Source: Candidatus Chisholmbacteria bacterium (GTDB lineage Bacteria; Patescibacteriota; Microgenomatia; UBA1400; JACOWY01). Taken from it: a stretch of 49,755 nucleotides of DNA. The DNA lies in NCBI GenBank assembly GCA_016176555.1, contig JACOWY010000002.1, positions 1 to 49,755 on the forward strand, in the 5' to 3' direction. Under the pieces are notes generated by a model, which saw only the letters and a list, made by a program, of their open reading frames with translations, searched no databases and was not told the origin of the DNA. A program made the position numbers and the translations under genes. Shown here in pieces: positions 27,375 through 35,476 of this stretch; the stretch's first letter is position 1; each line of letters opens with the position of its first letter.

Positions 27375-29063
27375 CTATTCTCTGGCTACGCGGAGGACTT
27401 CCTCTAAGGTAGTGGTGCCTGAAGCAATTTTCTGAAATCCATCTTGGATTATGGTAGTCATGCCAGCTTTGATAGCAGCTTGTTGAAGCTGGTCGGCAGA
27501 CGAACGCTGGATAGTCAGGTGACGGATTTCATCATTTAGTTCTAGAACTTCATAAACCCCGACTCTGCCGGCGTAGCCTTTTTCGCCTGCGGGGAGGTTG
27601 TCTTTTGGTTTGTAATATTTTTGTTTGGTAATGTCGCTGCCAATTTCTTTCGAAATCCGCTCCAAGAGCGCCGGATCTGGGGCGTATTCGGTGAGGGCTC
27701 CCGCGGCAATTTTACGAACTAATCTTTGGGCAATGATGACGTTCACGGTAGAAGCGACGAGATACGACTCAATGCCCATATCTAATAACCTGGGGATGGC
27801 GCTGACGGCATCGTTGGTATGGAGGGTGGAAAGCACCAGGTGGCCAGTGAGGGCAGCGTGAATGGCAATTTTCGCGGTTTCTTTATCCCGAATTTCTCCC
27901 ACCATGATGATGTTGGGGTCGTGCCGCAATAGGGCCCGAAGACCTTTGGCGAAAGTCAGGCCTGTTTGGGTATTGACCTGGATTTGGTTGACACGCCTAA
28001 TGCCATACTCAATGGGGTCTTCGATGGTGCAGACTTTGACTTTGGAAGTATTTAAGATATTGAGGAGAGAGTAAAGGGTGGTGGTTTTGCCGGAGCCGGT
28101 GGGGCCGGTGACCAAGATCATGCCGTGGGGCTTTTTAACGTTTTCTTGGACTATTTTGAGGTTAGCTTGACTTAAGCCTAATTCTTCAAGGCCAAGGGGG
28201 CGGGCAGTTTCTGTCAGGAGCCTTAAGACAATGTTTTCACCGTAGAAACCGGGGATAATGGAAACCCGCAGGGCCACGAAAGAGTCGTCAATTTGAAATT
28301 TAAAGCGACCATCTTGAGGAATGCGGTGTTCGTCGATTTTTAAGGAGGCGAGAATTTTGATGCGGGCGACGATGGCGGGCTGGATGCGTTTGGGGAGGCT
28401 GATGATATCCCGCAAGATACCGTCGACCCTAAAGCGAATGAGGACGCTGTCTTCAAGGGCTTCGAGGTGAATATCTGAGGCGCGTTCGGCGTGAGCATAT
28501 TCTAAAAGCGTATTGAGAATTTTTATGACCGGCAATTCGGTGGCGGAACGCGAGATGTTTTCCGGGGAATCGGCGTCGACTTTGGCCTCTTGGACGTTCT
28601 CTTCGATGATGGGGGCAAATTCTTTTTTAATGCTTTGCTTGTATTGAGCGAGTCCAGTTTCAATGTCTTTACCAGTCGTAAAGTAAGGGACTATTTCGAG
28701 GCTAGTGTGACGATGGATCATTTCCACAGCTTCTAAATCTTGGGGGTCTTCCATGGCTAGGTGGAGTTTTGCATCTTCGATTTTCAGGGGGACGACTCGG
28801 TATTGTCGCGCTAGTTTTTCGGGCAGACTTTTGAGAGTTTCGGGGGCGAGGCTACCGGGTTTAACGGGGGCAAACGGAAAGCCAATTTTCTCGGCAACGA
28901 GTTTACCGAGGGCATCTTCGCTAATGAGGCCACGGAAAATGAGAATGTCAGCAATGGACTTGCCTTGTTCTGCGGCGGTAGTCGCCGCGTCTTGGAAATC
29001 TGACCCGCTGACAAAGCCGCCTTGGACGACGATGTCTTTAAGCGTTTGAGCAGGTACCTTCAT
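27375..29063 (-). CDS. pilB: GspE/PilB assembly ATPase
   Basis: ASDIH, PQDGR, GPTGSGKTTT, TIEDPIE and ALTGHLVLSTLHTN motifs. Confidence 0.95.
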   Translation of the reverse strand: MKVPAQTLKDIVVQGGFVSGSDFQDAATTAAEQGKSIADILIFRGLISEDALGKLVAEKIGFPFAPVKPGSLAPETLKSLPEKLARQYRVVPLKIEDAKLHLAMEDPQDLEAVEMIHRHTSLEIVPYFTTGKDIETGLAQYKQSIKKEFAPIIEENVQEAKVDADSPENISRSATELPVIKILNTLLEYAHAERASDIHLEALEDSVLIRFRVDGILRDIISLPKRIQPAIVARIKILASLKIDEHRIPQDGRFKFQIDDSFVALRVSIIPGFYGENIVLRLLTETARPLGLEELGLSQANLKIVQENVKKPHGMILVTGPTGSGKTTTLYSLLNILNTSKVKVCTIEDPIEYGIRRVNQIQVNTQTGLTFAKGLRALLRHDPNIIMVGEIRDKETAKIAIHAALTGHLVLSTLHTNDAVSAIPRLLDMGIESYLVASTVNVIIAQRLVRKIAAGALTEYAPDPALLERISKEIGSDITKQKYYKPKDNLPAGEKGYAGRVGVYEVLELNDEIRHLTIQRSSADQLQQAAIKAGMTTIIQDGFQKIASGTTTLEEVLRVARE

Positions 29064-29068
29064 ACATT

Positions 29069-29160
29069 CTGAAGGGGAAAACCCTAGGTTTTCCCCTTCA
29101 GGTCTCCCCTTTCCTTAAATGGTATGCTCCTGCGCGCGAAGCTTGCTCGGAGCATGATTT
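29069..29160. repeat. Perfect 15-bp hairpin (29069-29101) plus partial CTGCGCGC.AAGCTTGCTCG element
   Basis: CTGAAGGGGAAAACC-cta-GGTTTTCCCCTTCAG; core shared with the 31923 and 32928 repeats. Confidence 0.7.
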
Positions 29161-29171
29161 AAAAAAGAAAT

Positions 29172-29783
29172 TTACTGTGGATTACTTTTGACTGGTTGGG
29201 CACCTAAATGCTGTTTGATTTTTTCAACCACTTGCGTGGGGGTGAGGTTAGCTTTGACTAAAAATTCTTTGGCTCCGAGTTCCATAGCTTCTTTTTGCTT
29301 GGCTATTTCAGAAAGATTGGAAAGCATGAGGATGGGGACGTCTTTGAAGCTGGGGTCATTTCGCAAGCGGCGAAGCACATCGATGCCGTCCATTTTGGGC
29401 ATCATGATATCGAGAATGATGACGTCGGGTTTTTCGGCTTTGGCCAAGGTCAAGCCGGCTTCACCGTCGGTGGCGGTGTAGACTTGAAAGCCTTCGTTAG
29501 TGAATTTAGTTTGGTACATATTGATGAGCAAAGGATCGTCTTCGACAAGCAGCAACACTTTGGTCGAGGTGCGGCCACCTGCCGCGATTGAGGGATTGGC
29601 ATGTGTGGCGGGAGGCAGGGGGGGTGAGGTGGGGACTGCCGGGGTAGGAGGTGGTGGAGGTGGAGGGGGAGGTGGAGGGGGGGGCGAAGTCGGCGTAACT
29701 TGGGGGGCAGATGGGCTCACAGGCTTTGGAGAGACTGGGGAAGAGTTTGGTGGCGGTGGATTAAGGGGGTTATGGCTAGTCAT
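29172..29783 (-). CDS. Single-domain response regulator with polyproline N-terminal extension
   Basis: LLVEDD, ILDIMMP.MDG and FLVK receiver motifs. Confidence 0.92.
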   Translation of the reverse strand: MTSHNPLNPPPPNSSPVSPKPVSPSAPQVTPTSPPPPPPPPPPPPPTPAVPTSPPLPPATHANPSIAAGGRTSTKVLLLVEDDPLLINMYQTKFTNEGFQVYTATDGEAGLTLAKAEKPDVIILDIMMPKMDGIDVLRRLRNDPSFKDVPILMLSNLSEIAKQKEAMELGAKEFLVKANLTPTQVVEKIKQHLGAQPVKSNPQ

Positions 29784-29794
29784 TGGGGTTAATT

Positions 29795-31120
29795 TTAGCT
29801 TTTTCTCAGGGGCAAAGAAATAGTAAAGGTGCTGCCTTTCCCCAGTTCGGACTTGACCATAATGTCGCCGCCAAATTCGTGAATAATGATTTTAGAAAGA
29901 TAGAGGCCTAAACCTGAACCGCCACTTTTGCCGTGTTTCAATCTCGCTTGAGTGAATTTTTGAAATAAATTGGGAAGATCATATGAGGAAATACCCGGCC
30001 CAGTGTCGGTAACGTGGGTGAGGATAAGGCCGTCTTTTTCTTCGTGGCTTAAGACAATGCTGCCTTGGTCGGTAAATTTAATGGCGTTGCCGACGAGGTT
30101 GTTGATGACTTCACGCAGGCGGTCGGGATCGATCTGGAGTTGCGGCAGAGGTGAAGGGGGTTTGAGGTATTCCAGTTTGAGTTGTTTTTGCGAGGCTAGA
30201 ATTTTTAAGCTGTCGACTTCGCTTTGGATGATGTCTTCGAGGCTCACCGGGACGATATTGAAAATGAGCCGACCAGATTCGATACGGGAGATGTCGAGCA
30301 TGTGATTGACTAAGCGAATCAGCCTGTCGTTGCCCTCGTAGGCGCCTTGGAGAAACCCTATCGCTTGAGGAGTGATTTGACCCGCGTTTCCTTCCAAAAC
30401 CATGGAAAGGTAGCCTTTAATGGCGGTCATCGGCGAGCGGAGAGCATGAGCAGCGGTGGAGACAAATTCGTCTTTGAGGCGATCTAGCTCTTTGAGTTTG
30501 TCGTTAGCTACGGCTAGCTCCCCTCTCGCGCTGTCGAGACTAGAATAGAGCCTGGCATTTTCCACGGCGATGGCGACGATGTCTGAGAAACCTTCCATCA
30601 GCTCCTCTTCTTCTGCCGTAATCAGCTCTTGACCTTTGGCGACAGCGAACATTAATACGCCTAAAGTTTTGCCTTTGGCACTAATAGGCACGAGGAGGGT
30701 GGTTTGGATGCCCGAAGCTTGTTGGGCGGCGGTGGCGGAAGAGGGGGAAATCGAGGTAAAGATTTTTGACCAATCAGAAATCTTTTGCGTAGATTGAAGT
30801 CGGGTAAGGGAAAGGGGGGAATTTTCGGTATCACCGAGCGATACTTCGAGCCTCGAAAGAGGGATTTTGGTTTGGTCGATGGCTTTTTGGGCTTCCGGAG
30901 TTTGAGAGTTGGCCACAATTTCAATTTTGCCTTCTTTTTCGTTTACCAGTGCCAACATGACCAATCTGTAGCTTAAGTCCAAAAAATAGAGTTCGTTTAA
31001 GATGCTGTCGCAAATTTTTTGCACGAGCTGGCGAAAATCAAGAGTATCGAGGACTATTTTCTCGAGTCTTTGCAGGGCTTCGAGGGTGTTACGCGACTGG
31101 GCAACGGGGCTCGTGGTCAT
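29795..31120 (-). CDS. Cytoplasmic GAF-domain sensor histidine kinase
   Basis: AVENARLY, FVSTAAHALRSP H-box, NL.GNAIKF, DTGPG and GSGLGL motifs. Confidence 0.94.
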   Translation of the reverse strand: MTTSPVAQSRNTLEALQRLEKIVLDTLDFRQLVQKICDSILNELYFLDLSYRLVMLALVNEKEGKIEIVANSQTPEAQKAIDQTKIPLSRLEVSLGDTENSPLSLTRLQSTQKISDWSKIFTSISPSSATAAQQASGIQTTLLVPISAKGKTLGVLMFAVAKGQELITAEEEELMEGFSDIVAIAVENARLYSSLDSARGELAVANDKLKELDRLKDEFVSTAAHALRSPMTAIKGYLSMVLEGNAGQITPQAIGFLQGAYEGNDRLIRLVNHMLDISRIESGRLIFNIVPVSLEDIIQSEVDSLKILASQKQLKLEYLKPPSPLPQLQIDPDRLREVINNLVGNAIKFTDQGSIVLSHEEKDGLILTHVTDTGPGISSYDLPNLFQKFTQARLKHGKSGGSGLGLYLSKIIIHEFGGDIMVKSELGKGSTFTISLPLRKS

Positions 31121-31173
31121 TCTATTCCCTACTATATCAGAGCCTGCGGGCTCAGGTAACGAGGACTCCAGGT

Positions 31174-31917
31174 TTAGAGGAGGAGGCCAAAGAGGAGAAC
31201 AAGGGTAAGGAGGGCGGTATAGATACCAAAGCGGTAAAAGTGATGGTGGAGGAGGATGTTTCTGAGAAGCTTAAGGGTTAAAAATCCAGTGATGGCAGCG
31301 GTGATAAAACCAACCCCGAGAGAACTTAGATCTGGGGGGGTAGAAATCTCGCTGAATTTCAGCAGGGTGGCGGCGGTGATGGCGGGAACTGATAAAAGAA
31401 ATGAAAAGCTAAAGGCCGTCTCAGGTTTGAGGCCTCGAAGGAGGGCGACAGCGATGGTGCTCCCCGAACGGGAAAGCCCAGGCATGATGGCAATGCCTTG
31501 AGTGGTGCCGATAATGAGGGCTGTAGATAGACTCAGGGCATTTTTCTTTGGGGAGGCTTTTTGGTTTCTTAAGTAGAGAAGCAAGATGCTGGTAAGGACA
31601 AAACCAACCATAGTAATCGGGAGCGACTGAAACAACGTTTCGGTATATGGATTTAAGAGTAAGCCGATAATGCCAGTGGGGATGGTGGCGGCTACTAGTT
31701 TTTTGATTAACGATATATTGAGATGAATAATATCTTGAGCGAAGAAGAAGATGACGGCAGCGAGAGTACCAAAGTGAACCACCACATCAAATAACACGGG
31801 CGGTTCGGTCATGCCGAAGAGGTGTTGAGCGATGACGAGGTGGCCGGAACTGGAGATGGGTAGAAACTCAGTCAATCCCTGAATTAAGCCAAGGATAAAG
31901 GCCTGTATGAGGGTCAT
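31174..31917 (-). CDS. uppP: Undecaprenyl-diphosphatase
   Basis: QGLTEFLPISSSGHL and PGLSRSG.T motifs. Confidence 0.96.
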   Translation of the reverse strand: MTLIQAFILGLIQGLTEFLPISSSGHLVIAQHLFGMTEPPVLFDVVVHFGTLAAVIFFFAQDIIHLNISLIKKLVAATIPTGIIGLLLNPYTETLFQSLPITMVGFVLTSILLLYLRNQKASPKKNALSLSTALIIGTTQGIAIMPGLSRSGSTIAVALLRGLKPETAFSFSFLLSVPAITAATLLKFSEISTPPDLSSLGVGFITAAITGFLTLKLLRNILLHHHFYRFGIYTALLTLVLLFGLLL

Positions 31918-31922
31918 AAACT

Positions 31923-32032
31923 CATGCGTACTTTTTCTTTGGAAAAGAAAAAGCTACGGCAAAAAGAAAGCTGGAGAAACTCTGCGCGCCCGCCCGCCGG
32001 CGAGGCAGGCAAAGCTTGCTCGAGTTTCTGAT
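31923..32032. repeat. 89-nt direct repeat, copy 1, carrying an extra 21-nt palindrome (31990-32010)
   Basis: Alignment with 32928-33016 shows 1 substitution plus a 21-nt insertion. Confidence 0.92.
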
Positions 32033-32044
32033 TTGTATCTGTTT

Positions 32045-32719
32045 TTACTTTTTCCTCCCCATGTACCACTCGTCCATCATTTTGGCGACTATGTCTTTGC
32101 TGCCCAAACCAAGAGCCAGGCCAAAGCCAAGGCTTAAGGCGCCGACGACGCCAAAGAAGATGGCTTGAATAAACTCGCTGGCAATGTTTAGCTCGGCGAT
32201 GGCCGCCAGGGTGACAAACACCATGATGGTGTAGCTAGTGACTTTACCCAGCAATCGGGCCACTTTGGGATTGACGTTACTGACTGCTCCTTTGACCATG
32301 CCTTCAAGCACTCCGGCGATGATAATGCCTAAGGCAATAATGACCACCGCCGAAACAACGTTGGGGATGTAACTTAAGATATTTTTGAGAACTTCTGAGA
32401 CAGCGGTGAGGCCAAGTTGGTTTAACGTGGCGATGACAAAGATGAGCAAAATGATCCAACGAACTATTTGGCCAATTATTTTTTCTATGGTGTGGGGTAT
32501 TTCTGCCTGCTTGAGAAATTTTTCGACGCCGGTGTTTTGGAGTAATTTTTCTAATCTGATTGTTTGCAAAAACGACACGGTCAGCTTGGCTGCCCAGTTG
32601 GATAAAATGAGACCAACGAGAAAAATTACTAAGGCCCACAATAACGAGGGGACAAAATTAGCTAGCTCCTGTAACACGGAACTTCCGGCGCTAAATACAA
32701 TACTTTGTGTGCTTTCCAT
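32045..32719 (-). CDS. CmpX-like / MscS TM-helix repeat membrane protein
   Basis: F.P.L..AL.I.LVG, YIPNV.SA and LA.GLG.K motifs; SD AAAGGGGGTGA. Confidence 0.87.
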   Translation of the reverse strand: MESTQSIVFSAGSSVLQELANFVPSLLWALVIFLVGLILSNWAAKLTVSFLQTIRLEKLLQNTGVEKFLKQAEIPHTIEKIIGQIVRWIILLIFVIATLNQLGLTAVSEVLKNILSYIPNVVSAVVIIALGIIIAGVLEGMVKGAVSNVNPKVARLLGKVTSYTIMVFVTLAAIAELNIASEFIQAIFFGVVGALSLGFGLALGLGSKDIVAKMMDEWYMGRKK

Positions 32720-32760
32720 TTACTTTTCACCCCCTTTCTAGCCAATCTTACACTGTTTAC

Positions 32761-32884
32761 CACAGTACCAGAAAGCCCCGCGTCAGACGCGGGGATGAAT
32801 GGGGGTCTTTTTGGGGCTTTCGGTACGTGGTTTCAGTCTCATATATGAATGAAGCCCCCGCCGATTTGGCGGGGGAGACTTCAC
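32761..32884 (+). mobile_element. Non-autonomous IS200/IS605-type miniature element (PATE-like)
   Basis: TTAC| left cleavage with AAAG guide and hairpin; right end GAAG guide, hairpin and TCAC|. Confidence 0.75.
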
Positions 32885-32927
32885 TCTTAGACTGAAAAGC
32901 CCCAAGGGGTTAGCTTGGGGCTGATCA

Positions 32928-33016
32928 CATGCGTACTTTTTCTTTGGAAAAGAAAAAGCTACGGCAAAAAGAAAGCTGTAGAAACTCTGCGCGCAAAGCT
33001 TGCTCGAGTTTCTGAT
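32928..33016. repeat. 89-nt direct repeat, copy 2
   Basis: Matches 31923-32032. Confidence 0.92.
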
Positions 33017-33029
33017 CTAAAGTGCGGGT

Positions 33030-33362
33030 GGTCTTTTGAGCGTGTAAGCCAGATTCTGTTTCCGGCAGTTGCCGGATTGCAGTCATTTATCTGGTGCCCT
33101 CATGCCTTAGTGTGTAGAGGGAAGCTGCTCACACTGGTCGGAGGTTGCAGCAGGGAGGATTGCCTCCCGCCAAAATAGGCGGGACCTCGATCTGATTACT
33201 CAGACGTCATCGGCGTTTCACTCCCGCCGAATAGGCGGGACTCGTCTCTGTTGCTCTGACTGGCGGTCACCCGCTCCGGCTTGCGCCGGACACCTTGCTT
33301 CCGGCTGTCTGGACTTTCCTCCCCGCCTCTGCGGCGGGGCGACTGCACCGGTTCAAAAGACC
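33030..33362 (-). ncRNA. rnpB: RNase P RNA
   Basis: GAGGAAAGUCCAGA, AACAGAGA, UGAAAC, AGAUAAAUGA and AACAGAAUCUGGCUUA motifs; P1 GGUCUUUUGA/UCAAAAGACC; upstream TTGACG..TACAAT. Confidence 0.95.
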
Positions 33363-33436
33363 TACATATATTGTACACTACCTGTTACTTCGTCAAACGT
33401 GGGGATGCATTACTGAATACTATAGTTTTGGGTAAA

Positions 33437-34420
33437 TTACGGTTTCTTGGAGGTAAATTTTTCTTGGTAAAAATGGCCGATGAGAATTTCGGCGACGAGA
33501 ATGGTGGGAATGGAGAGGACGGCACCACCAATGCCGCCTAGGGTAAAGCCGGCAAGGAGCGCCATAATGGTAACAAGAGGATTAAAACCAATGGCGTGGT
33601 GCATGACATTGGGGGTAATGATTTGAGCCTCTACTTGTTGAACGATAAAGTAGAGTGCAGCTACACCAAGAGCGAGAGTTGGGGCGGTAGCCAAAGCAAT
33701 GATGACGGCGGGCACGGCGGAAACGAGCGGACCAATGTTGGGCATAATTTCAAGAAGAGCTGCTAAAATGGCCAGCGGCAGGGCGAAGTCAACCTTGAGG
33801 AGGGTAAGGCCAGCATAAGAAAGGAGGCCGACGAGGATCATAGAAAAAATTCTGCCTCTGACCCAGCGACCAAGTTGGTGTTCGATTTTGTCAACGATAG
33901 CTTCAGCTACCGTCTCGCTATCGCCAAAAGCGAAGGTTAAATGCTGTTTGAGTTTCCTGCGTTCGAGCAATAGATAAAAAGTGAACACCAGTACGCTAAA
34001 GACGACGATGACATTGGCGACGGCATTGAGAGCAAAGCGCAGGACGTTAGAAGGTAAAGACCCAAGTTGTTGAATGATGATTCTGGAGTCGACTCCCAAA
34101 ACGCCGAGATCGTTTAAGAGCCTGGGAGTGCTGTCGATGAGCCGAGAGGTTTGCTCAACCAGGGGCGGGATGAGAGCGGCAACAATACTTGAGAAAATGG
34201 CGATGACTAACCCATAAAACACGAGGATGGAAATGAAGCGGGGGATTTTAAAACGCTCAAAAAAGTCGACGCCAGGATTTAAGGCAGACATGAGGATGAC
34301 GGAAATGAAAACTAAGATGATGACGCCACGAATTTGATACAGTAACCATAGACCAATGAGGAGGGAGACGGTAAAAATGACGGTGCGATGGGAAATTTCT
34401 ATTTTGTGGGCGTCATTCAT
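33437..34420 (-). CDS. AI-2E (PerM) family transporter
   Basis: Multi-TM; MPNIGP, QQVE...ITP and LGGIGGA.L.IP motifs. Confidence 0.92.
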   Translation of the reverse strand: MNDAHKIEISHRTVIFTVSLLIGLWLLYQIRGVIILVFISVILMSALNPGVDFFERFKIPRFISILVFYGLVIAIFSSIVAALIPPLVEQTSRLIDSTPRLLNDLGVLGVDSRIIIQQLGSLPSNVLRFALNAVANVIVVFSVLVFTFYLLLERRKLKQHLTFAFGDSETVAEAIVDKIEHQLGRWVRGRIFSMILVGLLSYAGLTLLKVDFALPLAILAALLEIMPNIGPLVSAVPAVIIALATAPTLALGVAALYFIVQQVEAQIITPNVMHHAIGFNPLVTIMALLAGFTLGGIGGAVLSIPTILVAEILIGHFYQEKFTSKKP

Positions 34421-34438
34421 GGTTCAATGGTTTAAGTG

Positions 34439-35470
34439 TCAATGTAGTTTAGGGTACCAGTTTTTTATTTCGGCCACAACTTTGTTTGGGTAGCCAACTT
34501 CACTGACGTCAGACCAGTGAATTTTTTGGGTTTTTCTAAACCAGGTGAGTTGGCGGCGAGCATATTGTTTTTCAGAGGTGACCCAGAGTTTAAGCGCTGC
34601 CTTTTGACTCAATTTTCCTTCTAGATATGCTCTCCAAAATTGGTAGCCGGTAGCAGAAAAGGCTGGGAGTTGTTGCCAATTGCTATATTGCCTGATTAGG
34701 GTCCGCACTTCTTGGTCCATGTTCTTTCCTGCTCTTTTTCTAACCCTTTCTTCTATCAAAGCATCGAGGGTTTTTTGGGGGGCAACTAAGCCTATCCACA
34801 AGGGGTTATATGTAGGGCTCGTAACCTTAGGTGGTGGGTGGTGGCGGAGATAGAGAGCAACTTCTATGCTTCTCACGAGACGGCGAGGGTTGTTTTTATC
34901 TGAAGAGTTTAATTGATTAAAGTGCTTTCGATTCACCTTTTTTAATTCCTGCTGCAACTCAGTGACACTTTTTGATCCTAGAGTTTGGCGGAGGGTTTTA
35001 TTTTGGGGGATAAAAATAGTCTGCGGACTTTTGAGAAGACTATTAATGTATAGGCCGGTGCCGCCAACAATGATGGACAGCTTATTTCTTCTTTGGATGT
35101 CATTTATGACCGCTGATGCAATGCGGACAAAATGGCTAACGCTAAACTCCTGATTGGGCTTGGCAAGATCGTAGCCCCAGATTTTCGTGCCGTTACCATA
35201 AAACGGAATTTTTTTATTTTTATTTTGAGCTGGCGAAAAAGAGCGGCCGATCCCGCCGCTTGAGGCGGGGGAGGCGTAGCTATATTTGATATTTGATATT
35301 TGATATTTGATATTCCGAGGGATGTCTTTGCCCGTGCCGACATTCATACCTTTATACACCTGCCGTGAGTCAGCAGAGATAATTTCACCGGAAAACTTAT
35401 GAGCGAGTTTGAGGGCGAGGGAGGTTTTGCCGGTGGCGGTGGGGCCGCAAATGATGAGAACTTGACGCAT
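34439..35470 (-). CDS. miaA: tRNA dimethylallyltransferase
   Basis: GPTATGKT, SADSRQVY.GM..GTGK, VGGTGLY and YARRQLTWF motifs. Confidence 0.96.
   Translation of the reverse strand: MRQVLIICGPTATGKTSLALKLAHKFSGEIISADSRQVYKGMNVGTGKDIPRNIKYQISNIKYSYASPASSGGIGRSFSPAQNKNKKIPFYGNGTKIWGYDLAKPNQEFSVSHFVRIASAVINDIQRRNKLSIIVGGTGLYINSLLKSPQTIFIPQNKTLRQTLGSKSVTELQQELKKVNRKHFNQLNSSDKNNPRRLVRSIEVALYLRHHPPPKVTSPTYNPLWIGLVAPQKTLDALIEERVRKRAGKNMDQEVRTLIRQYSNWQQLPAFSATGYQFWRAYLEGKLSQKAALKLWVTSEKQYARRQLTWFRKTQKIHWSDVSEVGYPNKVVAEIKNWYPKLH
35222..35313 (-). repeat. (AAATATC)n heptamer run plus CTAC element, in frame inside miaA
   Basis: Minus strand TAGCTACGCCTCCCCCGCC...CGGCCGCTCTTTTTCGCCAGCTCAAAAT matches 40781-40839. 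Confidence 0.88.
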
Positions 35471-35476
35471 GCTCGC

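Noticed and set aside
29620..29690. G-rich tract as a G-quadruplex or DNA repeat element
   Set aside because: Fully explained by polyproline codons of the response regulator on the minus strand
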